Assembly: GCA_050084515.1 (NCBI GenBank)
Contig: CM114271.1
Location: 1,302,001-1,366,000, forward strand
DNA: 64,000 nt
DNA from: Blasia pusilla
Lineage: Eukaryota
Direction of reading: 5' to 3'
In this document: positions 22,502 through 34,040 of the stretch, piece by piece
Layout: every line of letters starts with the position of its first letter
How positions within the stretch are numbered: the stretch's first letter is position 1
Notes under the pieces: generated by a model
The model's input: only the letters and a program-made list of their open reading frames with translations
Told to the model about the DNA's origin: nothing
Database searches by the model: none
Program-made: the position numbers and the translations under genes

Positions 22502-23124
22502 TGTTGTAAAACATAGTAATTTGGAGTTTACTATAGTGAAAAGTAACTGATAGAATTACTATAGTAACTTAGTGTTTTACCACAGTAAATAGTAATTTCT
22601 TGTTACCATAGAGTTACTGAGTAATTCTGATAATTACTATGGGCGGCAAGCCTAACCTAAAAACCCTAAAACCTAGAAACTCATTCTCTTGGTGTATATA
22701 ACCCTCTCGAGGGTGCCCTGTGAATCTACATTCTCTTACACCTTTCTCGACACAACTCTCTCGAGTGAGGAGTGATTGAGAAGCACCGAGTGTGCTTTGC
22801 TTACCTGAGTGGATTGTGCTTTGACCTTAGTAGTTCAAAGTGTGCTAATCGAGTGTGCTACAGACCGAGAGGTCTGCTGCCTTGAGGAGTTCAGTGAGTC
22901 TTGTGATACAAGGTGTATAGTAGTACTAACATGAGTGGTTGCTATTGAGATGTCTACTACTGCTAACATGAGTGGTTGCTATTGCACTAAGTGTGCTTGA
23001 GAATGCAAGGTGATCTGGTGATGCAGGTTGTCTAGCTCTTTCCTCTACAATCTAACCTGAGTGGTTGCTATTGCACTAAGTGTGCTTGTAATAGCTAGGT
23101 TGTAGAGAAACTCTGATTCTAAAA
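22502..23124 (+). repeat. 5' LTR of copia element
   Basis: Starts TGTTGTAAAAC; near-identical to 27139-27758. Contains telo-box-like AAACCCTAA, TATA-like TATATAA and three copies of TAAC(C/A)TGAGTGGTTGCTATTG. Confidence 0.95.
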
Positions 23125-23128
23125 GGTT

Positions 23129-26100
23129 ATGGGCCCACAGGGCATGATATCAAGTAATGTCTCAAGATACCCTGGAGTTAATCTGACCATAGCATCTTTT
23201 GATGGGACTAACTATAGATATTGGTCATTCCAAATGAAACTCCTTCTTGAGCAGAAGAGACTATGGGAGTTTGTGTCTTCTGAGGTGAAAGACCCAGATG
23301 AAATCAAGGATTTTGAAAACAAGAATGGTGATGCTTACTCTACCATTTGCCTTCATACAGAGTGGTCTATTGCTGAAACTCTTAGGGATGAGAGTCTAGC
23401 TTGGAGGGTTTGGCAAATCTTGCAAAATCAGTATGAGAAAGTTCTTGTATGTGAAGGGTTACAACTCTGGCGAGATTTCAGAACCATTGAGTTTGAGGAG
23501 GGTCAGAGCATGCAAGCGCATGTGGTACAAGTTCGAGCCATGCAGTTGAAGGTGAAAGCTGCACTCTGACTTGACTTTGAAGGCAAGAATTCTATCTTGC
23601 ATTTCCTGGGGACATTACCTCCTAGGTTTAACATCATCATCAAAATCCTTCACAACAAGGATGCAGAGCTGTCTTGGGAATACGTGACAACACAAATCAT
23701 TCGAGAGGATGAAGAATGGAAGAAAGATCAAGAGGCAGATTCAGCTCTGTTATCCCGCTTTAAGTTCAAACCTGAAAGGTGGACTCCTAATGAGAGGAGA
23801 GACACAAAAACAAATACACAAATCTGTTACACTTGCAGGGAAAAGGGACATCTATCTCCTCAGTATCCCAAGAATAAGAACTACAAGATGAAGAAATTCA
23901 TCAAGAGATCTCACAAGGAGGGTGCAATGATTGCTGAGCATGTTGCAGATGCAAATTACTCAGAATGGGGGTTAGTTAGCAGCAAGGAGGCCACTCTCAA
24001 AAGTAAAGGTTGGTTTCTCGATTCTGGAGCTGCTGCTCACATTTGCTATGACAAAGATCTTTTTTGTGAGTTTGATCCTGTGTCAAGTGCACAGTATGTC
24101 AGATGTGGGACCTGGGAATAGAAGTCGTGTACTTGGGATTGGAAAAGTATCCCTGAAATTTGATAGTGAGCATAGTCAAGATGGGATGTTAAACAATATC
24201 CTTTTTGTACCAGAGTTCACAAAGAACTTGGTATCTGTGCATCAGACTGAGAGAAAGGCATTCTTGTATTATTCCTTGACAAAAGATGCATCCTTCAAAA
24301 GGGAGAAGAAGTTCTCTGTCAGGGTGTGACAGAAGAAAAGTTGTTTCGATTGGTGGAAACAACAAAAGTTGAAGCGATGGTGGCTGCTGATGCCATGGTA
24401 GCTGAAAACTCCAACAACATGAAATTGTGGCATCTTCGACTCGGCCATTTATCAAAGATCAACCTTCATTCTCTACAGAAGATGGTGGAAGGGTTGAAAC
24501 TACAAGCTGATGGTAGATAGGACTTTTGTAGAGCATGTGATGAGGGTAAATCTCACAAATTATCATTTCCCAAGAAATCTTTAGATCTCATCCACTCAGA
24601 TGTTTGGGGTTACATGACACAAAAGTCTCTAGGAGGAGCTGCTTGGTATGTGTCCTTTGTGGATGATTATAGCAGAAAAAGCTATATCAGATACATCATC
24701 AGATACACAAAGGTGAGGTTCTTGATAAGTTCAAGAACTTTGTGGCAATGGTGGAGCTACAAACAGGAAGAAGAATGAAGAAAATTCGCTCAGATGGAGG
24801 CAAGGAGTACAGGAACAAAGAGTTCTCCTCCTTTTTGCAACAAAAAGAGGATTTTGGCTGATGTCACAGCCAGAGACAGTCCCTCTCAGAATGGAGTAGC
24901 AGAGAGACTAAACAGAACTCTGTCAGAGAAGGCGTTGAGCATGCTCCAGCATGCAAATCTCAGGAAAAGCTTTTGGGGAGCTGCAATCAAGACTGCAAAC
25001 TTTCTGAGGAATGTAAGTCCTACTAGTGCTTTGAATGGGATGACTCTAGAAGAATGCTGGAGTGTTAAGAAACCAGATATCTCCCACCTGAGAGTCTTTG
25101 GTTGTCCAGCTTACGTACATATCCCAAAGGAGCAAAGATCAAAATTCAGTAAGAAGGCTGAAAAGCTCATCTTTGTAGGATATGAGACTGGCTTGAATGG
25201 ATATGTTCTCTACAATCCAAAGACTGGACAGTGTGTCACAAGTAGAGATGTGCAGTTTGATGAAACCTGGGAAGGAGATCAGAAGAAAATTTCTGAAGTA
25301 GAGGGTGAATCTCTGAAGGTATATGTCAGGAGAAAGCAGAAAGTTGTCCAAACTGAGGAGAATCATCAAGAATTCAACTTTCAGCCTGCTGAAGTACCAG
25401 GTACCTCTGAAGATGCACAAACTGAAGAAGTGGCAGAGACATTGCCAAGGAGATCCGGAAGAACGATCCGGAAGAACTCCCAACCTATTGACAGGTTGGG
25501 AGTTCATCATGAGAAACAGGCTCACTCCTCAGTGGATGAAGAAGCTTGTCTTACTATGGATGGAGAGGATGAACCTCAAACACTTGCACAGGCTATGAGT
25601 AGACCTGATTGGAGCAAGTGGGAGATTGCCATTGATCAAGAGAAAAAGTCTCTTGCAAAGAATGGCACATGGGAGTGGACTGATCTACCCAAAGAAAGGA
25701 GATCCATTGGTTGCAAATGGGTTTTCAAGATCAAGAGAGGAGCTAACAATGAAGTGGTAAAGTACAAAGCTCGTCTTGTAGCAAAGGGTTTCAATCAGCA
25801 AGCTGAAGTTGATTATACAGAGACCTTTGCTCCTGTAGTACGGTATGGTTCCATAAGGTTGCTTTTAGCTCTAGCTGCTGAAGAAGATTGGGAGGTGGAG
25901 CAATTAGATGTGGAGACTGCTTTTCTGAATGGAGACCTGAAGGAAACCATCTACATGGATGTTCCAGATGGGTATGGTGGACATAGGGGCAATGCATGTT
26001 TGTTGAAGAAGGCATTGTATGGTCTTAAACAGGCTCCAAGAGCCTGGTATGAAAAGTTGGACTCTTACCTTAGGGAACAGGGGTTTTGTAGAGCTCATGC

Positions 26101-27146
26101 AGATTTGAGTGTTTACTGCAAAAATGGTACATTGTTTATTGCAGTTTATGTAGATGACCTCCTGTTGCTAGGCAAAAGTAAGAAAGAAATCCGGCAAGCA
26201 AAGGACAATCTTTGCTCAGTCTTTGCTATGACTATCATAGGCCCAGTGAAGTTCATTCTTGGAACTAAAGTTGAGAGGAACAGAGCAGAAGGATGGATTA
26301 GACTCAGTTAGACTCACTACATTGATGCCATGCTGACAAGGTATAGAATGGCTGAGGCAAAGCCAGTTTCTACTCCACTGGATCCTGGGTGGAAACTTGC
26401 CAAAACAGGTGCAGACAAACAGGAGGAGAATGAGAATGTTGAAAACCTTCAACATTTGTATCAGAGTGCTGTCGGTTCTCTGATGTTTGCCATGGTTTGC
26501 ACAAGGCCAGATATCTCATATGCAGTGGGAGCACTGGCCAGGTACACGTCTAAACCTACTCTCACACATTGGAGATGTGTAAAGAGAATCTTACGGTACT
26601 TGAAAGGTACCAAGAATGCATATCTCGAATACAGGAAACAAGGATGTTTTCCTACCTTGACTGGCTTCACAGATGCTAGTTGGGGGGATGACCCTGACAA
26701 CAGCAGGTCTAAGTGGTGGATATGTATTTACATTGAGTGGTGGTGCTATCAGTTGGCGCAGCAAGCAACAAACATCTGTTGCCTTGTCCACAACAGAAGC
26801 TGAGTTTATGGCAGCTTCAAATGCTACTCAAGAAGTAGTTTGGCTGAGGAGATTGCTTGAGGAGGTTTGTTATAAGCAGAATGATGGAACTGTATTGTAT
26901 TGTGATAATACAGGAAGTATAAGTCTTCTCAAGAATCCTGTTCATCATCCTAGGACTAAGCATATAAATATTAGAAGAAGATTTATAGAAGAGAAAGAAA
27001 ATGAGCAAATAGTCCAAGTAGTATATTGTCCTACAGAGGATATGACAGCTGATGTATTGACAAAGGCATTGTCAAGAGAAAAGCACAACAAATGTTCTCA
27101 GAAGATGGGTCTTATATTAAACTCCAGTAAAGTGGGAGTGTTGTAA
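23129..27146 (+). pseudogene. Copia gag-pol polyprotein, disrupted as assembled
   Basis: gag FDGTNYRYWSFQMKLLL; knuckle CYTCREKGHL; protease WFLDSGAAAH; integrase LWHLRLGH, IHSDVWG, QNGVAERLNRTL; RT IGCKWVFKIK, YVDDLLL; RNase H GFTDASWG, ADVLTKAL. In-frame stops at 23567, 24518 and 26309, plus frameshifts at about 24120, 24245, 24700, 24845 and 26710. Confidence 0.92.
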
Positions 27147-27758
27147 AACACAGTAACTTGGAGTTTACTATAGTGAAAAGTAACTGATAGAATTACTATA
27201 GTAACTTAGTGTTTTACCACAGTAAATAGTAATTTCTTGTTACCATAGAGTTACCTGAGTAATTCTGATAATTACTATGGGCGGCAAGCCCTAACCCTAA
27301 AAACCCTAAAACCTAGAAACTCATTCTCTTGGCTGTATATAACCCTCTGAGGGTGCCCTGCGAATCTACATTCTCTTACACCTTTCTGGACACAACTCTC
27401 TGAGCTGAGGAGCTGATTGAGAAGCACTGAGTGTGCTTTGCTTACCTGAGTGGATTGTGCTTCTGACCTTAGTAGTTCAGTGTGCTGCTGCTTACAGACT
27501 GAGAGGTCTGCTGACTTGAGGAGTTCAGTAAGTCTTGTGATACAAGGTGTATAGTAGTACTAACCTGAGTGGTTGCTATTGAGATGTCTACTACTGCTAA
27601 CCTGAGTGGTTGCTATTGCACTAAGTGAGCTTGAGAATGCAAGGTGATCTGGTGATGCAGGTTGTCTAGCTCTTTCCTCTACAATCTAACCTGAGTGGTT
27701 GCTATTGCACTAAGTGTGCTTGTAATAGCTAGGTTGTAGAGAAACTCTGATTCTAAAA
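27139..27758 (+). repeat. 3' LTR of copia element
   Basis: Follows the PPT, matches the 5' LTR and is followed by the TSD CAAGC. Confidence 0.95.
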
Positions 27759-28260
27759 CAAGCCGACATAAGGATGTAGACAAGGACAAGGATGACAAAT
27801 ATGTGGTGGAGACCGAATATTAGGACCATCCTCAATGTAGGACCTTAAGAGAGGCATTCGAGCAACCCTTCACCGCCACGATATCAACACTGACAAATTT
27901 AAATTACCCCATGCATTGCACCGGCATCCACTAGTCTTCCATCAAGACACTTTCCAGACAAGTCTCCACCTCAACTCTAAACTTGACTCTCCAAGTGCTT
28001 CCACGACTATTTAATCTGACTCATTGTGTCTAGCCATGTGGATGACAACCATGGTCAGGTTCCACCAAAAAATGATGCACACAACAGCTTGCCAGCAATT
28101 CAGGGTTACCATTCATAACCTCTGATACTTTTTGACAGTTGGCCTTCATGAGAGCCGTAATGCATCTGGTTGTACAATTAAACTCCAATTGGATTTGAAG
28201 CACATGCATAAGAACATAAATCTTCCAATTCTCAGCTTCAGCAACAAAGCTTCCGCCAAT

Positions 28261-31200
28261 TTATCGATCCTTCAAAAGCTCCCTATGATTTACTGAATCA
28301 TCTATAACCTTCACTTTCAATGTGGACTCCTCCACAACAACAGACAAGTGTTCCACAGCCAGCTTCAGCCGTCGCATTTGGGAGTCTGGGATACCAGATC
28401 TATCATTCCTGCTCCGGTACGATGATGACTTTGAAGGCACAGGCTGTACACTTGCCATCCGCTCAGCACGTACTGACAGTGTTTCGACAGCTGAATTCAG
28501 TATGTCCAAATCTTGAAACCTCATATTATCTGTTGTACAACCATACACGGAAAATTTCTTGGAGTCAGATTCTTCTTTAAATTTTACTAATAAAAGGGAA
28601 AAATATACTACCTACTCAACTGTTGCTCACAAAATCATCAGATAACACTTCCATAAACAATTGATCCACACACTTGCAAACACAGAAGAGAAACCCTTCC
28701 TCCCACAACATCCAAAGTTACCTCAAGTTGTACTAACGATCTTACTTCGGTCAAACTTCAGAGTATAATCTTACCAAGCTGAGATTTCAGTTCCTGCTCC
28801 GCTAAAGTCAGGGGTTTTTCTGATACGGCAGGCAAAGTGCTACATTGCTTTACTTGTCGCTCTAAGTTTCGATTCCTGAGAATAGCTTGCTGGATGCGGT
28901 TGATCAAGTTACTTGAACCCCTTTGCGACTGACTCAGTTTTTCTTCAGCTTTCTTCAGCTGTCGCTGCTGCTCTTGAATGATATCATGTAGCCGTGATCG
29001 ATGGGATGTAAGCTCAATATACACCTAACAAAAAATCATTGTCAATGCCAAACTATGATTAAATGGTATCCACTAAGATATAACCAACAAGAATCATCTC
29101 TACCTGTAAAGTGAATTAGCATTCTAGTCATTAGAAATAAGTAAAACCAAGCAGAATCTCTTCGCTTCACTAGTGTTCTTCGTTTGACTCAAAAAAAGCA
29201 AAACCACAAATATAGCAATCAAATCACCAACCAACAACAGGAGTGAGACTCACTCTGTGTGCATACTCGATATACTTCTCATGGAGAAGCTTGCACTGAT
29301 CATGGAGAAAGGTTCGACCTTCAATTGAATCAACCGTCAAGGGAGCTCCCATAGAGGTCAACTGTCATCATAAAAGCCATAGTCAGCACCAAATACACAG
29401 AGAGGAATCCTAATAACATCTAACTGGGCATCCCAAATGGCTCCACACACAAACCCACATGATTTCTTCAACTTCTGTTTCAAGGAGTTTGAAGACCAGC
29501 TGTACTTCATACAAAGAACCCAACAAAGATATCAGAACTTCAATGACAGTCAATCTTCAAAAGAAGATATGATGCTTCTATACCTGTGTTAAAGGAATGT
29601 CCTTGGGTCCAAGAAGGAGCTCTCTGCTCATCATTTGGAAGACGCCCAACTCTAGTGGCAATGTATCATGCTCCCGAGAAACTTCACTCTCAAGTATAAG
29701 TGGCTCTGGCAGAATCCTCTGTGGCTTCATGTTCACAACAGCACACTCACAATTTGAGGTAACTGCTACAAGCCATGATTCACCTAGTGAATCCAAAATA
29801 AGTGAAACACCAAGCAATGAACGAGGGGTGGTGAATCCTGTGGGACAAATGTCTAATATAGGAAATACTGCAGGAGGAGTCGCAGAAGAAGGCTTATGGG
29901 TAGATTGCACAGAAAAAGGCAACCATTGCAAAAGTATTGCATCTAAGCCTGCTGCATGCTGGCAGTACAACCTCTCTGGAACCACTGGATCTGCCAACAA
30001 TACTACAGGGCCAGCTTCTAGTACAGCAGGTTGTAATGCAAGATCAACTATAGCTAATTGTAGCAAAGGTGGCAAGTGTCCATCCCACAGCGTAGTAGAA
30101 TTGTCGTTGGTTCCTCTTTCATGGGACATGGTATAGTCACCATTGGTTTTGGATGCCTCGGCCAGCATTCCTACTGCAAGTATATGTCCCTTATCATCAA
30201 CAGATAGTCGAGGGGGCTTTCCAATGCTCCAAGTAGGTTGAATCTCATCAGCAAGCACATAAAGTTGCACTTGCCCATCTTTCGTGCTGATGGCAAGGAC
30301 GCTATCTTTACCAACGACGTTGTACAAGAGTCCCACAGCCTGACAAGGTACACAGCTTGTCTGCTCCAAAAACCCTTGTCTCTCATCCCCTGCCATTCTC
30401 TGGCATAAAGTAGTGAAGGGGCCCTGTGCATAAAGTCACTTCCTACAAGTTCAGCAATATGACATGTGACAAAACAGGTAAACATATGAAGGGCAACAAT
30501 TACGGGTTACAGAAGTTAAGGGATATGGGCTGGAATGTAAGATGCAAAAGAGCCAATTGCATCTTTTTATGCCCAGGCCATGCAATATTAAATGAGCTGT
30601 CCCACAACACTGCAACTGAATCACTCTTCACTCTGAAATTGTATTAATTCACCCCATGTTAGCTTAATGACTCCTGACAGGAAAATAGGCATTAAAAACT
30701 CACTGAAGTCATCCTGCAGGAAAAGTACCTGAAGAACAAGAGAGGCATCGAGAGGAACATATGCATGAGCCTTCAGGACAAATGAGCCTCCTTGTAGTAC
30801 CCCAGCAGAAGAGCTCGTAAAATCAGCCAACCCTGGAAACACAGCCTCCAACCACATAAGGGCAAGGAAGGAACACTCTGATGACCTTGAGTCAGAACTG
30901 TCCACAAACTCGAGCTGCCCTGCATCTTTTGCCAGTTCCTCGATCGCCATGCCATTGAACATGCTGGTGAAGACAGGATAGGAAAACAGGAAACTATTAG
31001 GTGACTGACTGAGTCTGCACTTGCTGAACAATCTACAGCAATAACCCACATGATACAAGAGCACAGAGACGCTAGCTGGCCGTATCAAAAGCTTTCACAG
31101 GGAAGTAATGCAACATCGAATCCCAGCAAACGGTACTTCCCATACATAGTAAAACATATCTAATAAACACACCTAACCTACTGCAAATTTTCACTTTCTA

Positions 31201-34040
31201 AGTCCGCAGAAGTCTGGTAGGCACAAAGAGGATCTCAAACTCTGTAAGTCCTCCAGTGTCCGGCCGATGAAACAGATGCACAAATCCAGGTGTTATGGAC
31301 TATACTATACCAGTGGTGAGTATGTAATAGAGATGCTCACCTGCCAAATGGTACTATGGGGCAGAGGGCGTACACGCTTCCATCATTATACAGTATGAAG
31401 ACCTGCATAAAATAGCTGACAACTTTTAAATCTGTGAAAGATGAACGTTCTTTTGAGTCCGCGTTCACTTTTATGATATGCGCTTGCAAGAGTGCCTAAA
31501 AATAGATGCCAAATTAGACTACGAGAAAGTTCCCACGGGAAAAATTGCTCTTAGATGGGAATACCCTTGAGATTCTAAAGTTTACATAATTAATTATCAA
31601 AAGGCTTGAAGATGAACAGTTGAATTCGAGCAAAATGCTAAGAGATTCACCCAAGTTTTTATTTCTCTTTATCAAGAATCATCATTAACAATTCTGCAAT
31701 GGAAACTCCCACACCTGCTACACTATGCTTCTGTTGCCATGAACTTTGCATAAAGGCTCTGGTCCTTTGCATCCAAGCCATAACCCATCAATGCGTTACC
31801 AATTGCACTTCTGTGAGGCCACCTTTCCCAGAAAACTCAATTGTAGGACTCCAAGAATAAGTTTATCTTGTAGCAAAAAGATTTCACAGAATACAAAGAA
31901 TACACTGGTCATTTGATAACTGAATTCCAGTTCAAGACTCTTTTGTTATCATCAGTCTCCCAAGGCTGAATGACACATACTTCTACATTACTCTAGATCA
32001 ACTACAGCAGCAGAAGGTGTGCACTGACCGTGAACCGATCCCACAAATGCTCTCCACCAAAGGCGAAAGTTACAGCTCGAACCAATGGAGTGGAACTAGT
32101 TCTTTTAGATGAACTAGGCTGAAGATGATACTCCTGCTCTGCAGTTTCTGTATCCAGAGATAAATCAAACAGTCTGCAAGAATCAAGACCAAAGAGCCAT
32201 TGGTATAAAGGAGGGGGAGGTCCTGCAGTCAATTCCACAAGTAAAGTTGCAACGCAGGCGAATACCATCAATCATATCGTAATCACAGAAAGCCTATCAA
32301 ATTGAGCTGCACAAACTACAATGATGAAGCTCCAAGTCATGACAAAGCCAGCAAATGAGGCCTGTCTTTTTCTTAGAGAGTGAGTCAGTGAAGAGAACCT
32401 CAGGGTTACTCCTGGGACTCCAGTAAATTCAAAAGCAAAAAACACATCTTTCCAGTCATCCCCCACAAAGCAATGAACGACTCACCTGAAACAACCATCT
32501 GATGAAAGTACCCCAAGGTGGGTGTCACTGTATGGATGCCATGCTACTTGCAAGATGCGTAACCAGTGCCCATTTCCTCTACTAAATATTCGCTCCGCTC
32601 CCATTTTTTGTATTCTGTAACGGAATTGTGTAGATATCCCACCCCCGAACAGTCAGCAACTTAGTGCAACCTTCTGCTAACAGAAAACCAGCGCCAAAAT
32701 AGATCATGTCAAGCTGCAAAGTTTAGTGAACCATCAGGTAACAAATAATTCTCTCAAATTATCACTGTAAGGATGCCATGCTACTTGCAAGATGCGTAAC
32801 CAATGCCCATTTCCTCTACTAAATATTCTCTCCGCTCCCACTTTTGTATTCTGTAATGGAATTGTGTAGATATCCCATCCCGGAACAGTCAGCAACTTAG
32901 TGTGACCTTCTGCTACCAGAAAACCAACGCCAAAATAGATAATGTCAAGCTGCAAAGTGTAGTGAACCATCAGGTAACAAAAATTCTCTCAAAACCATAC
33001 TTAAAATCCAGTGGCTTAAGTATCTGTCCACAAGATAGCAAGTAGGCATACCTGCAGATGCCATTGGATGTGGACGAGCTCGGGGCAAGAAGGGTCACCA
33101 CCATTAAAGCTCCATCTCCAGCAAGAACTAAAGATCGACCGGTTCTGTTAAAAGTCAAGTGCAATACTTGAAAATCCACTGGAGAGCTCAACTGGACCGT
33201 CTGAACTCAAGGCAGATCAAGTTGACGCGGGAAATTTTTAGCTCCTTGTCAGTAAGTTCGCAAAGCAAGATTTAAAGTCTCCCATATTGAAAACCTATAG
33301 GGAGTTTCTCGTGTCTAAGATGACTCCATTTCAATATACCATTCTTGTCCTTCTAATAAACATGGAAAATTTTAGATTATCTCAGTATCCAAGTCCACGG
33401 CATTTCCAGGAAAATCACGCTACAAGTAACGTGCAGGCCATCATGGCATCATCCGAATGTCACTTCCAATGGACTTTCCAGAACAGCTGAAAGTTGCACA
33501 AAATTTGCAGCTATGAATCCATCGTCTAGGGACCACAACTTGGAAGGACTGATCCCAATGCTAAACTCTCAGGGAATGGCAATTTTTCGGACCATAAAAG
33601 CTTTAACTTAGCAGCTTAAAATGTAAAGCGCTATCCTGTAATCCAGTGGAACAAACCTTAAAATCCCGGCTGGCAAGAAGCGTTCCCGAGTCAGAGCCAA
33701 AAGATTGCAAATTGTCAGATCGTTGGATCTCTACAAAATGAAGTTGCTTGCTGTCTGAGTCCCAAACAAACAGCCGACCAAGGCCGTCATACGTGATCAA
33801 TTTCAACGGAATCCGTGGCCTGCACCCCTCCAAATTCTCCTTCTGTAGAACGAAATCGTTCAGCCGCAATTGTTTGATAACCCGATGAGCTTCGACTTTC
33901 TCATAAGCAGCACTTCTCGTCTGTTGTTCATAGCCTTTCCTCGCGGATTTTCGATCCTTGCCTCCGAAATCTTCACCGTAATCCTCCTTCTCTGATTCTT
34001 CCTCGCTGCCGCCCCTAAACCTCTCCAATTCCCTCCTCAT
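28261..34040 (-). CDS. NUP88: Nuclear pore complex protein NUP88 (MOS7), about 856 aa, 10 exons
   Basis: Exons 34040-33657, 33200-33052, 32614-32486, 32173-32029, 31402-31341, 30963-30729, 30423-29584, 29361-29254, 29024-28775 and 28529-28261. All GT-AG, phases consistent, total 2571 nt. Plant NUP88 motifs LQVAWHPYSDTHLGVLSSDGCFRLFDLS..AEQEYHLQP, FAFGGEHLWDRFTVFILYNDGSVYALCPIVPFG, DSIEGR..LH and a coiled-coil C-terminus. The start codon is the least certain part. Confidence 0.88.
32525..32993 (-). repeat. 236-bp tandem duplication in NUP88 creating an upstream truncated pseudo-exon (about 32762-32850)
   Basis: CCATCAGGTAACAAA at 32731 and 32967. The second copy repeats the acceptor and most of exon 3, is 1 nt shorter near its start, and lacks the 3' part and donor. 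Confidence 0.85.

Larger units (their letters stand above)
22502..27758 (+). mobile_element. Full-length Ty1/copia LTR retrotransposon (5257 bp) with half-tRNA-Met primer binding site
   Basis: LTRs 22502-23124 and 27139-27758; 5-bp target-site duplication CAAGC (22497-22501 and 27759-27763); PBS GGTTATGGGCCCAC 23125-23138; PPT AAAGTGGGAG 27129-27138; domain order gag-PR-INT-RT-RH. Confidence 0.96.

Noticed and set aside
23121-23126. Canonical CA end of the LTR
   Set aside because: The 5' LTR has no CA before the PBS, and counting CA at 27759-27760 as LTR destroys the perfect CAAGC TSD.
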